Notes under the pieces: generated by a model | The model's database searches: none | The model's input: only the letters and a program-made list of their open reading frames with translations | What the model was told of the DNA's origin: nothing | Source of the DNA: Squalus acanthias | Taxonomy: Eukaryota | DNA: 64,000 nt | Reading direction: 5' to 3' | Assembly: GCA_030390025.1 (NCBI GenBank) | Contig: CM059433.1 | Coordinates: 18,044,001-18,108,000 of the forward strand | Made by a program: the position numbers and the translations under genes | In this document: piece by piece, positions 47,913 through 59,619 of the stretch | Layout: every line of letters begins with the position of its first letter | Numbering within the stretch: the stretch's first letter is position 1

Positions 47913-49189
47913 AAAGTGTGGAATGTGTATGTGTGTTTGATGAAAGGGCCATAGGTGTTGGATGAGTGTTGTGCATTGGGGTTTTAAGACCCTCTGGCCA
48001 TAGAGTGAGGTTGAGATGGAGGGATGGAGAGGTATTGAGAAAAAGCCACTCACCCTGACGACCCGAGTGAGGTCGTTGAACTTTTTGCGGCACTGGACAT
48101 GGGTCCTGGGCACCATGCTCCTGGAGGAGACGCTCTGAGCCACCTCCCTCCACACTCTTCTGAACTCGCGTGGCAAAGGCCTCCTGCCACTCTCTGGGAA
48201 CAGCATAAATCATCTGCGCTCCACTGCGTCAACCAGAGCATCCAAGGCCCGCTCGGTGAAGCGATGAGCGCGTTCTCTCACCCTCTCCATGCTTGGCAGC
48301 AAAATGGATTACAGGTCTCTCCAGGCTGAGATTCAAGGCTGCAATGAGCAGGGTGTGGCTGGGGAGCAAGTGGCCCCCCCCGCTTTAAGAAGTGTCCGGC
48401 GCCAGTGTGTCTGTGCTCCCTCGCTAACTGGCAGCAGCTGCGCTGCGCTCGTGCGCTGAGTTAGCGCCTCACTCCTAGGCCTTTGCGCCTTAAGAGAGGT
48501 GTGCAGCGCCTAATTTAGTGCTCCACTCACCTCCCGGGGCGGTAAAAGTGAAGTTTCCTGTCAGTGCCGATAATTAGCGCCAGGCGCTAATATTTGCGCG
48601 CGGACGATATTTGCGCCCCAAATGGGGCGCGACCTAATTTCTACCCCTTATAGTTATAGGATGTTTCATTTTGAGTCTTCCAGCATGGGAGAGTAGACTG
48701 GCCGCACAAGAGTGTGTGATTTATGTTCATCCCTGGAAGCGTATTCTCACTTGCTTTGCTATGGTCACTGGCTAATCAAAATCTGCGTATTCTGAGAGGT
48801 AAGGTTGAGCGTATCAATATTGGGTGATCTGAATGCATCGTAAGCAGCTTGAGAATTCCTGCAAGTACAAAGCTAGCACGGAACACTACACATCCAAGAA
48901 ATGAAGATTGATAGGGATGGGGAAGGTAAATATGACCCGCGTCTTTTAATTATATAGATGTGTATCTTGCTTTCTAGAAAACAGGTGTAATTACTGTGCT
49001 TAATTAGCTCTAAGGTTATGCGATCCCTTTAAATTGATTTTCTGGTTGTTAAATTATTTATTATATATGTTTTGCTTTTTTTAAGAATTTGGTTACAGTA
49101 AATTAGAACTCGTTCCAGATATGATAGAATTTACAAACAAAATCATTAATTCCTGTTTTAAAACTGTACCTGTACAGGGACTGTACCTG

Positions 49190-49280
49190 TACCTGAAGAA
49201 GAAGCAGCGCTCCAAAAGCTCGTAATTTCAAATAAAACTGTTGGACTATAACCTGGTGTTGTGCGACTTCTCATTTTTGT
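49190..49280 (+). mobile_element. Tail of a second PLE-like family with a degenerate hammerhead
   Basis: TAC-CTGAAGA-A-GAAGC agc GCTCC-AAAAGCTC-GTA followed by AATAAA; two substitutions from an intact motif. Confidence 0.55.
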
Positions 49281-49417
49281 TTTAAAAGCGATATTGCGCA
49301 GAATATTATTCCTTGTGAAGTTAAAGACAGAATTACATTCATCAGTGGTGACTGAAAGTAAGACTCCCTTTCACAGAGCTGTAGGGGAAATTGAAAGTGT
49401 CACTCTGGGACACTGTT

Positions 49418-50830
49418 TCTTTTATTTATTTATGGAATGTGGGAGTCGCTGGAAGGCCAGCATTTATTGCCCATCCCTAATTGCCCTTGAAAACCGCTGC
49501 AGTCCGTGAGGTGAAGGTACTCCCACAGTGCTGTTAGGGAGGGAATTCCCGGATTTTGACCCAGTGACGATGAAGGATATGGTGATATATTTCCAAGTCA
49601 GGATGGTGTGTTACTTGGAGGGGAACTTGGAGGTGGTGGTGTTCCCATGCGCCTGCTGCCCTTGTCCTTCTAAGTGGTAGAGGTCACAGGTTTGGGAGGT
49701 GCTGCTGAAGAAGTCTTGGCGAGTTGCTGCAGTGCATCTTGTAGATGGTACACACTGCAGCCACGGTGGAGGGAGTTAATGTTTAAGGTGGTAGATGGGG
49801 TGCCAATCAAGCGGGCTGCTTTGTCCTGGATGGTGTCGAGCTTCTTGAGTGTTTTTGGAGCTGCACTCATCCAGGCAAGTGGAGAGTATTCCATCACACA
49901 CCTGACTTGCGTCTTGTAGATGGTAGAAAGGCTTTGGGGAGTCAGCAGGTGAGTCACCCTCTGCAGAATACCCAGCTTCTGACCTGCTCTTGTAGCCACA
50001 GTATTTATGTGGCTGGTCCAGTTACGTTTATGGTCAATGGTGACCCCCAGGATGTTAATGGTGGGGGCTTCGGTGATGGTAATGCCATTGAATGTCAAGG
50101 GAGGTGGTTAGACTTTCTCTTGTTGGAGATGGTTATTGCCTGGCACTTCTGTGGCATGAATGTTACTTGCCACTTATTAGCCCAAGCCTGAATATTGTCC
50201 AGGTCTTTCTGCATATGGGCACGGACTGCTTCATTACCTGAGGACTTGCGAATGGAACTGAACACTGTGCAATCATCAGCGAACATCCCACTCTTGACCT
50301 TATGCTGGAGGGAAGGTCATTGATGAAGCAGCTGAAGATGGTTGGGCCTAGGACACTGCCCTGAGGAACTCCTGCAGCGATGTCCTGGGGCTGAGACGAT
50401 TGGCCTCCAACAACCACAAACATCTTCCTTTGTGCTAGGTATGACTCCATCCAGTGGAGAGTTTTCCCCCTGATTCCCATTGACTTCAAATTTACTAGGT
50501 TCCTTGATGCCACACTCAGTCAAATACTGCCTTGATGTCAAGGGCAGTCACTCTCACCTCACTTCTGGAATTCAGCTCTTTTGTCCATGTTTGGACCAAG
50601 GCTGTAATAAGGTCTGGAGCCAAGTGGTCCGGCCGGAACTAAAACTGAGCATCGGTGAGTAGGAGACCAAGATGGATCATCGACTCGGTACATCTGGCTG
50701 AAGATGGTTGCAAACGCTTCAGCCTTTTCTTTTGCATGTGCTGGGCTCTGCCATCATTGAGGATGGGGATGTTCATGGAGCCTCCTCCTCCCGTTATTTG
50801 TTTAATTGTCCACCACCATTCACGAGCCAT
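49418..50830 (-). mobile_element. LINE family B, longest copy (RT core)
   Basis: GVPQGSVLGPTIFSCFINDLP, FADDCTVF, the same tail; frameshifted. Confidence 0.88.
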
Positions 50831-51914
50831 TGGTTTTCACTCCAAACCAAAGCCTGAAATGGGTCAAATTGAAAGTGTTCAAGTTACTTTATCCTCTTGC
50901 TTTGTCATTTAGTACATGGGATGTGGTAAAAGGAACCTAAATGGAGCACCAAATCATTTCCAAATGGGAGGGAATATAAAATAATTAATTATCTATATAT
51001 ATCCCCTATTGTCTGTGTGCAAAATCTCTGGAATGCTGCACCTGGTGAGATTGCAAGACCTAGCCAAGCAAGATGAGTACAAGCAGCAATCAATATGACA
51101 GCATTATTTTATAACCTCTCATTAAAACATAAATACTGTAATAATGGAAATTATACCTGCAGGATGTACAAATTTACATTGGAGCCCACTTAAAGTCAAC
51201 TCAGATAAAAATACATCTCTTGTAAGAGAACCCATTGACTGAAAAATTGCAGAACCATTTTTGTGTCACTATCTGCCACAGCATATTATTAATGTTATAC
51301 TGTGGATGGTTTATAAAGATAGCTACAACCTGAATGGGCAACTTGGTGACGGCATACACATTCAAGCATTAACTACTAATATTCAACAGATTCTGTTGCT
51401 TTACTGATGCCTAGGTCAATGGAAGTACCAATGTGTAATAAACAGCTGTTTAAAAAAAAATCTTTCTTATAATTTGAATAGAAGAGGACAAGGTAACTTA
51501 ACCTCAGTTGAGGTTGTTGGTTTGGAGAACAAAGCTAATACCTTGAACATTTCCTTGGACTGGCTCAATACTGAGAATATTGGGATTGCTCAATCTGCTT
51601 CAGTTATGCCCCAACCTATCATTACTATCAATGTGCTTTAATCCATGATGAGATCTAATTCTAGTAATATTTACCCAATTCTTCAATAAAAACACCATCA
51701 ATCTTACCACGATACTGTAGTAACAACATGTTACCTAATGTTACTTTTCCCCATTTTGTTTTCCATTTTCTCTCTCCCTCTTTTTTCGACATTGATTGGC
51801 TCTGGGGTGTGGATCTAGAGCTACATGGTTCAATGTGTGAGCCAAGACATTTACCGTCGTCAGGCTTTGTAATCACTGCGCACGTCACGACTGCGTCTGA
51901 TCCTGTCCTCAGCC

Positions 51915-52272
51915 AATCATAGAATCATAGAAATTTACAGCACAGAAGGAGGCCATTTGGCCCATTTTGTCCGTGCCGGCCAACAAAGAGCTATCCGCCC
52001 TAATCCCACTTTCCAGCACTTGGTCCACAGCCTTCTAGGTTATGGCACTTCAAGTGCATATCCAAGTACTTTTTAAATGTGATGAGGGTCTCTGCCTCTA
52101 CCACCCTTTCAGGCAGTGAGTTCCAGACCCCCACCACCCTCTGGGTGAAAAATTTGTCCTCAAATCCCCTCTAAACTTCCGACCAATTACTTTAAATCTG
52201 TGCCCCCTGGTTATTGACCCTTCTGCTAAGGGAAATAGGTCCTTCCTCTCCAGGCTCCTCATAATTTTATCA
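51915..52272 (-). mobile_element. CR1 3' end
   Basis: Reverse complement of the 41585/43715 family; (atcatag)n tail. Confidence 0.8.
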
Positions 52273-52813
52273 ATGGCGCACAGGCACACCATACAACAGG
52301 GTCACTGGATAGCAATCAGCTACAGTAACCCAAGCTATTTGTTTCCCCCCCCTCCCAGGCCAGGAACACTGAGGCTTTCCTGGTTGAGACCAAGTAACTC
52401 GATCCAGACCTTGGATCAAACCTGGGACCACCCTGGTCAGTCCCAAATCACGTTGTGTATTTACCCATTGAGCCATCTGGGACACTATCCTTAATGCCTT
52501 ACCTGTCGAAGAAATGAAAAACTCACAGGCCCAGATATTCCATGGTGCTGCCACCAGTCACCCAGCATAACTTCACCAGGAGACTGGTGCAAGTCCCAGA
52601 GGAAAGGTTTAAGGTGTGAAATTAGAGAGATTTTCTGTCCTGGTGCAATGCTGGCATATATGTGTGCTGGCCACAAGGGGATGGTACAGGGCAGTTTGGA
52701 TTGATTGCTTTCAGGAAGTGAGGAATCACAGCCAAATTTTACAAAGTCGCAGTGAGAAATATCAGAAAGCTTTATCTGGATAGGTGTTCTATCCCGTGGT
52801 TATCCACACCCCT

Positions 52814-53778
52814 CAGGAGATTTTAACCTAAACAAAGGGTGGGTTGGGGTTGCGTGGGAAGTTAAAGTGTTAAAAATCTGAATCCCAACCAGAACCCGCC
52901 TCCAACCCGCCCACGGAGGCAGGACAGAGGCGGGACGGGGGTGGGCAGCCAACCCGCTCCCAGGAGGCGGGCCGGCTATTTAAATATTATAATGAGGCTG
53001 GAAGCCTCTGTCTTAACCTCCATTTTGAATTTAGCTTTAGTTGCTCGTGTTTTGCAGGCTTCATGAAACTCCCCAGGTAATGTAAGGTGAGGACTGCTGG
53101 ATCTAGGAGGTAAGACCCTGCCTCACCCACTCCCTGCGATCAGAGACACCCCCCACGAGGCCTCCGATCCCCCCCCATGAGGCCTCCCAATGCTTCCCAT
53201 GCTCCTCCAGCCTCTAATCGTTCCCTAACTCCCCCCCCGCCCCCACCCCGCCCACTGCTGCCTCGGCCCCCAATTGTTGCCGACCACCCCCTCCCCGTGC
53301 CCCCACCGGCTCCACCAACACCCCGCTGCTCGTCCAGCCCTCCCTCAGCTCCTCCGGCTGACGATTGTTCCCTAACCCCCCTCCCACCCATCGCTCCTCC
53401 AGCCCCCCGATCTTCACCCGACCAACCCCACCCCCCCACCCTCCCGTACTGGTCACGGACACCGATCTTCAGTGACCCACCACCCCCCACCCCGCCCCCC
53501 GTGCTGGTCCCGGCCCAACACGTGATCCTACGGTCACCCCCCCCGGCCCCCACACGATCCCATCCTCCCTCCTCTCCACGGCCAAGTGCTGCAGGCTTAT
53601 CCTTCAGGAGCCAGGCAGCCTCTCAATCTGGCTGGCTGTGGGTGGGAAACAGTTTTCCTGCAAATCAGGCCCTGCTGTTAAATTCAGCAGGGCCTGTGGG
53701 AAACCCGTTCTCCCGGGTTTCCCGACTGCTTTGAGCCCCACCCCACCCCCAACCTGCCTTCCCCATTATATTCAGCCC
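52814..53778. mobile_element. Degenerate MITE-like element with C-rich low-complexity core
   Basis: GATTTTAACC near the start, ...ATATTCAGCCC at the end; poly-C-rich core 53140-53580 explains the Pro/Gly ORFs. Confidence 0.45.
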
Positions 53779-54589
53779 AGTATCTTTAATATCTAAAATT
53801 ATAAATTATTTGTGAGAAAAATGAGCTTGATGTATTTACCAATTCAAACATTCATCCATAGGCATTACCGGTGATCCTTCATAACTGAGTTATGAAGATC
53901 TTTCTCAGAAGTGAAAGAAATCCTGGAACTCATCATCTTCAGTCATTTCCATTTGTTCTGTGGGATTCAATTGCCTTAGTAGAACTGTGAAGTCTTAAAG
54001 TGTTATTCATTCAGCCTGGGATGCTGTCCAACTTGTGACTCTTACATGATATTTTATTTGAGAGGATTAATGATTTTATTTCATGTGGCACTTGTTTTGC
54101 AGTAAAGTAGAATCAATGCATCCCGACAAAATGAATACTGCTTTTAAAAAGAAATCCATGCCTTTCTGTGATGACAGAGATGGATGAGAATGTTTGGGAA
54201 GTTAAAATGCAGGAACAATTGCAAAATGTAAACCCCACAGCAAAATCAAAGCAGGCTATCTGCTGAACGATGCAATTGTTCAACACGCTGGGTCATTCTT
54301 AGTCGCACAAATTAAATAGAAGCTATTTTAGCTAAATTTGATCGCATTAATGACTGGGGCTGGAGAAAATAAACCCAGTAGCAACTGGTAAATCTTTGAC
54401 AGCACAGAAATACTGGAGAGAGACGAGTGCTGTTCTACAAAGAATGTCCAGCATATTTATCTGTATTCTGCCAAAAGGGTAGAAAGCTGGCAATATATCA
54501 TTTGCTGGATTTATATCCTAGCCACAGAACTAAGCACAATGTACTAATCCAGTGTGCCACTCAGTCACTATCATCTTTATTACATATTT

Positions 54590-55000
54590 TTTTTATACAT
54601 TCATGGGATGTGGGAGTCACTGGCATGGTCAGCATTTATTGCCCATCCCTAATTGCCCTTGAGAAAGCGGTGGTGAGCTGCCTTCAGGAACCGCTGCAGA
54701 CCATGCGGTGAAGGTATTATCACAGTGCTATTAGGGAGGGAGTCCAAGGACTTTGACCTAGCGACAATGAAGGAACGGCGATATATTTCCAAATCAATAT
54801 GGTGCGTGATTTGGAGGGGTACTTGCAGGTGGTGTTGTTCCCATGTCCTTCTAGGTGGTGGAGGTTGTGGGTTTGGGAGGGGCTGTCGAAGAAGCCTCGG
54901 CAAGTTGCTGCAGTGCATCTTGTAGATGGTACACACTGCAGCCACGGTGCGCCAGTGGTGAAGGGAGTGAATGTTTAAGGTGGTGGATGGGGTGCCAATC
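54590..55000 (-). mobile_element. LINE family B 3' end
   Basis: Antisense tail and SLHHWRTVAAVCTIYKMH. Confidence 0.82.
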
Positions 55001-55250
55001 AACATCCAACGTCCTGCCATCTCCAATGGGCTCAGTGAACCTGTCACATAAATGGCAGGAGGCGCAGTAAGGTGGGGACAGGGCCAGTAAATTGTTCAAA
55101 GCTTGCTCCTGCACCAGCTCCCCCATTTCTCACTCCCTAAGCCTGGCAGAGGAGTCTTCAAAGTAAAGGTGCATGCAAATCAGGGAAATATGCCTGGTTT
55201 GAACATTAAATGCAAGGGATGGCCGTTAGACCCATTGGCAGTGAGGACCA

Positions 55251-55256
<6 letters not shown>

Positions 55257-55298
<42 letters not shown>
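55257..55298. repeat. (TG)n microsatellite ending in (GC)n
   Basis: Directly visible. Confidence 0.95.
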
Positions 55299-55839
55299 CC
55301 AGGGTCTGTGAAGATGCACACAGATTGTGACCTTGCACAAGCCAAGGAAGAGGCCACAATTTTATTTCACTTTCATTTTTGTGGGCAGCAAAGAGGCTGG
55401 CTGGTATGACTCTCCTGTGGCGGCCAGTGAGCCCTTCTCAAAAATGCTAATGACCTTGAAGCCAGAAGGTTATCCAGGGTCAGAGTGCATCTCCCTGTGG
55501 TGAGAGGAGGTTCTCCACCACCCTCTCATGCAGATAAATCAAAGGAATGGAGAAGATCCTAGCCTGAAAATATATACACAATAACACTTCTCTGGCAGTA
55601 AATTTAAAGCACTAAATTCAATCTTGTATTTACTTTGGTGTTCATAAGCTTAAATCAGACTCTACTATCCAGATTTATGAGAATATCAGAACTAATTGAT
55701 TTAATTATTACTTTGCAACTCACTGCCAACCATCTGTTATCCTATACGTTTTACTGGTTTGGATGATCACATAACTTACGAGCTACAAAGTTTTAAATGA
55801 ATTCTGTAAGTCACTTACTTTAATGAAGTATATGACGAT

Positions 55840-57020
55840 CCTCAACAAAGTCACAAATTACATCCTCCGTGACTGTAACTGTGACCATGGAGCATTATCC
55901 TTCCTCATCCTTGCTTGATTCCACTCTTGCCTACTTGATCATAGCCAGAGCATTTCCAGAAATGGCTTTGCTTCCCGACCCCACACTGTTACCTCCAGAG
56001 TTTTCCGGGGATCGATCCTCGCCCCCTCCTCTTCATCATCTTACATGTTGCCCCATGGCGACATCATCTACAGACATGGGGTCAGCTGTCACATATATGC
56101 TGATGGAACCCAGCTGCACCGCTCCACCACCTTGTTTGACCTCTCCCCTGCCTTTGTGTTGTTAGACTGCTTGTCCAACATCCAGTGTTGGATGAGCTGT
56201 AATTTCCTCCCATTACACATTGGGAAGACTGAAGGCACTGACTCCAACCCCTGCCACAAACTCCACACCCTTGCCACCAATTCTATTTCTCTCCCCGACC
56301 ATTGTCTCAGAGCAAGCCAGACTGTTCACAACCTCGGCCTCCTCATTGACCCCAAACTGCACTTCCAACCCCATATTCTCTCCATCACAAAGACCGCCTA
56401 CTTCCACCTCCGTAACATCACTCGCCTCCCCCCCACCTCAGCCCTTCTGCTGCTGAAAAGCTTTGTCACCCCTAGACTCGACTATTCCAATGCTCTCCCA
56501 GCCGACCACCCATTCAGCACTCGCCATAAACTTGAGCTCAGGCAACACTCTGCTGTCCTTATCCTGTCCCACACCAAGTCCCACTCACTCATCGCCCCAT
56601 CCTCGCTGACATGCCTCAAATTTCAAACTCTTATCTTCATCTTTAAATAGCTTCATGGTCTCATCCCTCGCTATTTCTGTAATCTCCTCAATCCATTCAA
56701 ACCCCTCCTGCCTCCGCCCCCCACCCCCCCCCCCCTCCCCCAAACTCTCCATTCCTCTGACTCTGGTCTTTTATGCAATCCCCCTGGCTTCACCCCACCA
56801 TTGGTGGCTGTCCCTTCAGCCACCCCACTACCTGGCATTCTCGGCCTATGCCCTTCGCCTCCCCACTTATCTCTTTTCCTTTCAGACCTTGCTGAATCCC
56901 CACCTCTTTGACCAAGCTTTTCATCACCCCTCCTAATATCTCTTTCTTTTTTTTTCCTGTGAAGTGTTTCTGGAAGTTATTTTGCATTAAAGGCTCGATA
57001 TAAATGCAAGTTGTTGTTGT
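55840..57020 (+). mobile_element. L2-clade LINE 3' portion, degraded
   Basis: HIYADGTQL, YFHLRNI.RL, FVTPRLDYSNAL; L2-type tail aaaggctcgatataaatgcaag(ttg)n. Confidence 0.85.
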
Positions 57021-57100
57021 ATTGTACGGTTCTCCTCCCCTCATTTATGTCACAAGTTTTTAATTTAAAAAGTACATTGTACTTTCTGACTGGCACTGTT

Positions 57101-59238
57101 ATAGAACATAGAACATAGAACAGTACAGCACAGTACAGGCCCTTCGGCCCTCGATGTTGTGCCGAGCATTGTCCGAAACCAAGATCAAGCTATCCCACTC
57201 CCTATCATTCTGGTGTGCTCCATGTGCTTATCCAATAACCGCTTGAAAGTTCCTAAAGTGTCCGACTCCACTATCACAGCAGGCAGTCCATTCCACACCA
57301 CAACCACTCTCTGAGTAAAGAATCTACCTCGGACATCCCTTCTATATCTCCCCCCATGCACCTTATAGTTATGCCCCCTTGTAACAGCTGCCTCTACCCG
57401 AGGAAATAGTCTCTGAACATCCACTCTATCTATCCCCCTCATCATCTTATAAACCTCTATTAAGTCGCCTCTCATCCTCCTCCGCTCTAAAGAGAAAAGC
57501 CCTAACTCCCTCAATCTTTCCTCATAAGACCTCCCCCCCAAACCAGGCAGCATCCTGGTAAATCTCCTTTGCACTCTTTCCAATGCTTCCACGTCCTTCC
57601 TATAGTGAGGTGACCAGAACTGCACACAATATTCCAAATGTGGTCTCACCAAGGTCCTGTACAGTTGTAGCATAACCTCACGGTTCTTAAACTCAAACCC
57701 CTTGTTAATAAACGCTAACACACTATAGGCCTTCTTTACTGCTCTATCCACTTGAGTGGCAACCTTCAGAGATCTGTGGATATGAACCCCCAGATCCCTC
57801 AGTTCCTCCACGTTCCTCAGAACCCTGCCATTGACCCTGCAATCCTTATTCAAATTTGCCCTACCAAAATGAATCACCTCGCACTTATCAGGGTTAAATT
57901 CCATCTGCCATTTTTCGGCCCAGCTCTGCATCCTATCAATGTCTCTTTGCAGCTTACAACAGCCCTCCACCTCATCCACTACTCCACCAATCTTGGTGTC
58001 ATCAGCAAATTTACTGATCCACCCTTCAGTCCCCTCCTCCAAGTCATTGATAAAAATCACAAACAGCAGAGGACCCAGCACCGACCCCTGTGGCACACCG
58101 CTGGTAACTGGTTTCCAGTCCGAAAATTTTCCATCCACCACCACCCTCTGCCTTCTATGAGATAGCCAGTTACTTATCCAATCGGCCAAATTTCCCTCTA
58201 TCCCACAACTCCTTACTTTCTTCATGAGCCGACCATGGGGAACCTTATCAAACGCCTTACTAAAATCCATGTATACGACATCAACTGCTCTACCTTCATC
58301 TACACACTTAGTTACCTCCTCAAAGAATTCAATCAAATTTGTTAGGCAAGACCTACCCTTCACGAATCCGTGTTGACTATCCCTGATTAAGTTGCCTCTT
58401 TCCAAATGGTCATAAATCCTATCCCTCAGGACCTTTTCCATTATCTTACCAACCACCGAAGTGAGACTAACCGGCCTATAATTACCAGGGTCATTCCTAT
58501 TTCCTTTCTTGAAGAGAGGAACAACATTCGCCACTCTCCAGTCCTCTGGCACCATCCCCGTGGACAGTGAGGACCCAAAGATCAAAGCCAAAGGCTCTGC
58601 AATCTCCTCCCTTGCCTCCCAAAAAATCCTAGGATATATCCCATCTGGCCCAGGGGACTTATCGACCCTCAGGTTCTTCAAAATTGCTAAAACATCTTCC
58701 CTCAGAACATCTACCTCCTCCAGCCTATCCACCTTTATCACACTCTCATCCTCAAAAACATGGCCCCTCTCCTCGGTGAACACTGACGAAAAGTATTCAT
58801 TCATCACCTCTCCTATCTCTTCTGACTCCATGCACAAGTTCCCACTACTGTCCTTGACCGGCCCTACCCTCACCCTGGTCATTCTTTTATTTCTCACATA
58901 AGAGTAAAAAGCCTTGGGGTTTTTCTTGATCCGACCCGCCAAGGACTTCTCATGCCCCCTCCTAGCTCTCCTAAGCTCTTTTTTTAGCTCATTCCTTGCT
59001 ACCTTGTACCCCTCAATCGACCCAACTGAACCTTGTTTTCTCATCCTTACATACGCTTCCTTTTTCCTCTTGACTAGACATTCAACCTCTTTTGTGAACC
59101 ATGGTTCTCTCACTCAGCCATTTCCTCCCTGCCTGACAGGGACATACCTATCAAGGACACGCAGTAATTGCTCCATGAAAAAGCTCCACTTTTCGTTTGT
59201 GCCTTTCCCTGATAGTTTCTGTTCCCATCTTATGCTCC
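57101..59238 (-). mobile_element. Young 5'-truncated CR1 LINE
   Basis: Uninterrupted 642-aa RT ORF 57185-59113 with one in-frame TGA just upstream; (TTCTATG)n tail at 57101-57120. Confidence 0.95.
57185..59113 (-). CDS. CR1 ORF2 reverse transcriptase region (open but lacking the endonuclease)
   Basis: NYRPVSLTSVVGK, QHGFVKGRSC, DFSKAFDKV, GVPQGSVLGP, FADDTK. Confidence 0.85.
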   Translation of the reverse strand: MREPWFTKEVECLVKRKKEAYVRMRKQGSVGSIEGYKVARNELKKELRRARRGHEKSLAGRIKKNPKAFYSYVRNKRMTRVRVGPVKDSSGNLCMESEEIGEVMNEYFSSVFTEERGHVFEDESVIKVDRLEEVDVLREDVLAILKNLRVDKSPGPDGIYPRIFWEAREEIAEPLALIFGSSLSTGMVPEDWRVANVVPLFKKGNRNDPGNYRPVSLTSVVGKIMEKVLRDRIYDHLERGNLIRDSQHGFVKGRSCLTNLIEFFEEVTKCVDEGRAVDVVYMDFSKAFDKVPHGRLMKKVRSCGIEGNLADWISNWLSHRRQRVVVDGKFSDWKPVTSGVPQGSVLGPLLFVIFINDLEEGTEGWISKFADDTKIGGVVDEVEGCCKLQRDIDRMQSWAEKWQMEFNPDKCEVIHFGRANLNKDCRVNGRVLRNVEELRDLGVHIHRSLKVATQVDRAVKKAYSVLAFINKGFEFKNREVMLQLYRTLVRPHLEYCVQFWSPHYRKDVEALERVQRRFTRMLPGLGGRSYEERLRELGLFSLERRRMRGDLIEVYKMMRGIDRVDVQRLFPRVEAAVTRGHNYKVHGGRYRRDVRGRFFTQRVVVVWNGLPAVIVESDTLGTFKRLLDKHMEHTRMIGSGIA

Positions 59239-59619
59239 ATGTTGCCATACAAATACAGAGCATTCTCGTACTAATATATGGGGGGATCCATAGCAATCCC
59301 AAAGTAAATTGCTCACATTTGATGAAGATTTCATATGGATTAAGGAACTATCATAGGACTGTAAGGTGCGTGAATGTTAAATTGGATTCTATCCATTGGT
59401 TTAACTGAGAAACTAAAATAGCAGGATTACTTTCTCCAGATGTGTTCAAGAGCCTTGTTACTTGCCAAATCATTTTGTGTTCAGAGGCTGAGAAAGCATT
59501 GAATTATTTATTTTGTGCTTCACACTTCTCCACATTGCGGATTGGCATTTGGGTGAAGGAATTGACAGAGCCACAGTCAAGGACAGCCAACACAGATTCC
59601 TTAAAGGCAAATTTAGGAG

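Larger units (their letters stand above)
46293..48290 (-). pseudogene. Harbinger Myb/SANT-like (trihelix) DNA-binding partner gene, 3 exons, disrupted
   Basis: Exon 1 48290-48054 (MERVRERAHRFTERALDALVDAVERR*FMLFP...VWREVAQSVS...RTHVQCRKKFNDLTRVVR, donor GTGAGT); exon 2 47769-47607 (AKLAHNRRQQQRTGGG..., donor GTAAGG); exon 3 47447-46293. TGA at codon 27 (48212-48210) and one extra base in the C run at 47052-47061. Repaired length would be about 517 aa. Confidence 0.85.
44324..48647 (+). mobile_element. Full-length PIF/Harbinger DNA transposon (4324 bp)
   Basis: TIRs GGGGTAAAAATT (44324-44335) and AATTTCTACCCC (48636-48647), 11/12 match; TTA duplication at 44321-44323 and 48648-48650; contains a DDE transposase and a convergent Myb/SANT gene. 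Confidence 0.95.

Noticed and set aside
53140..53734. Pro-rich and Gly-rich ORFs as a gene
   Set aside because: Low-complexity poly-C tract inside a MITE-like repeat; no splice or domain support.
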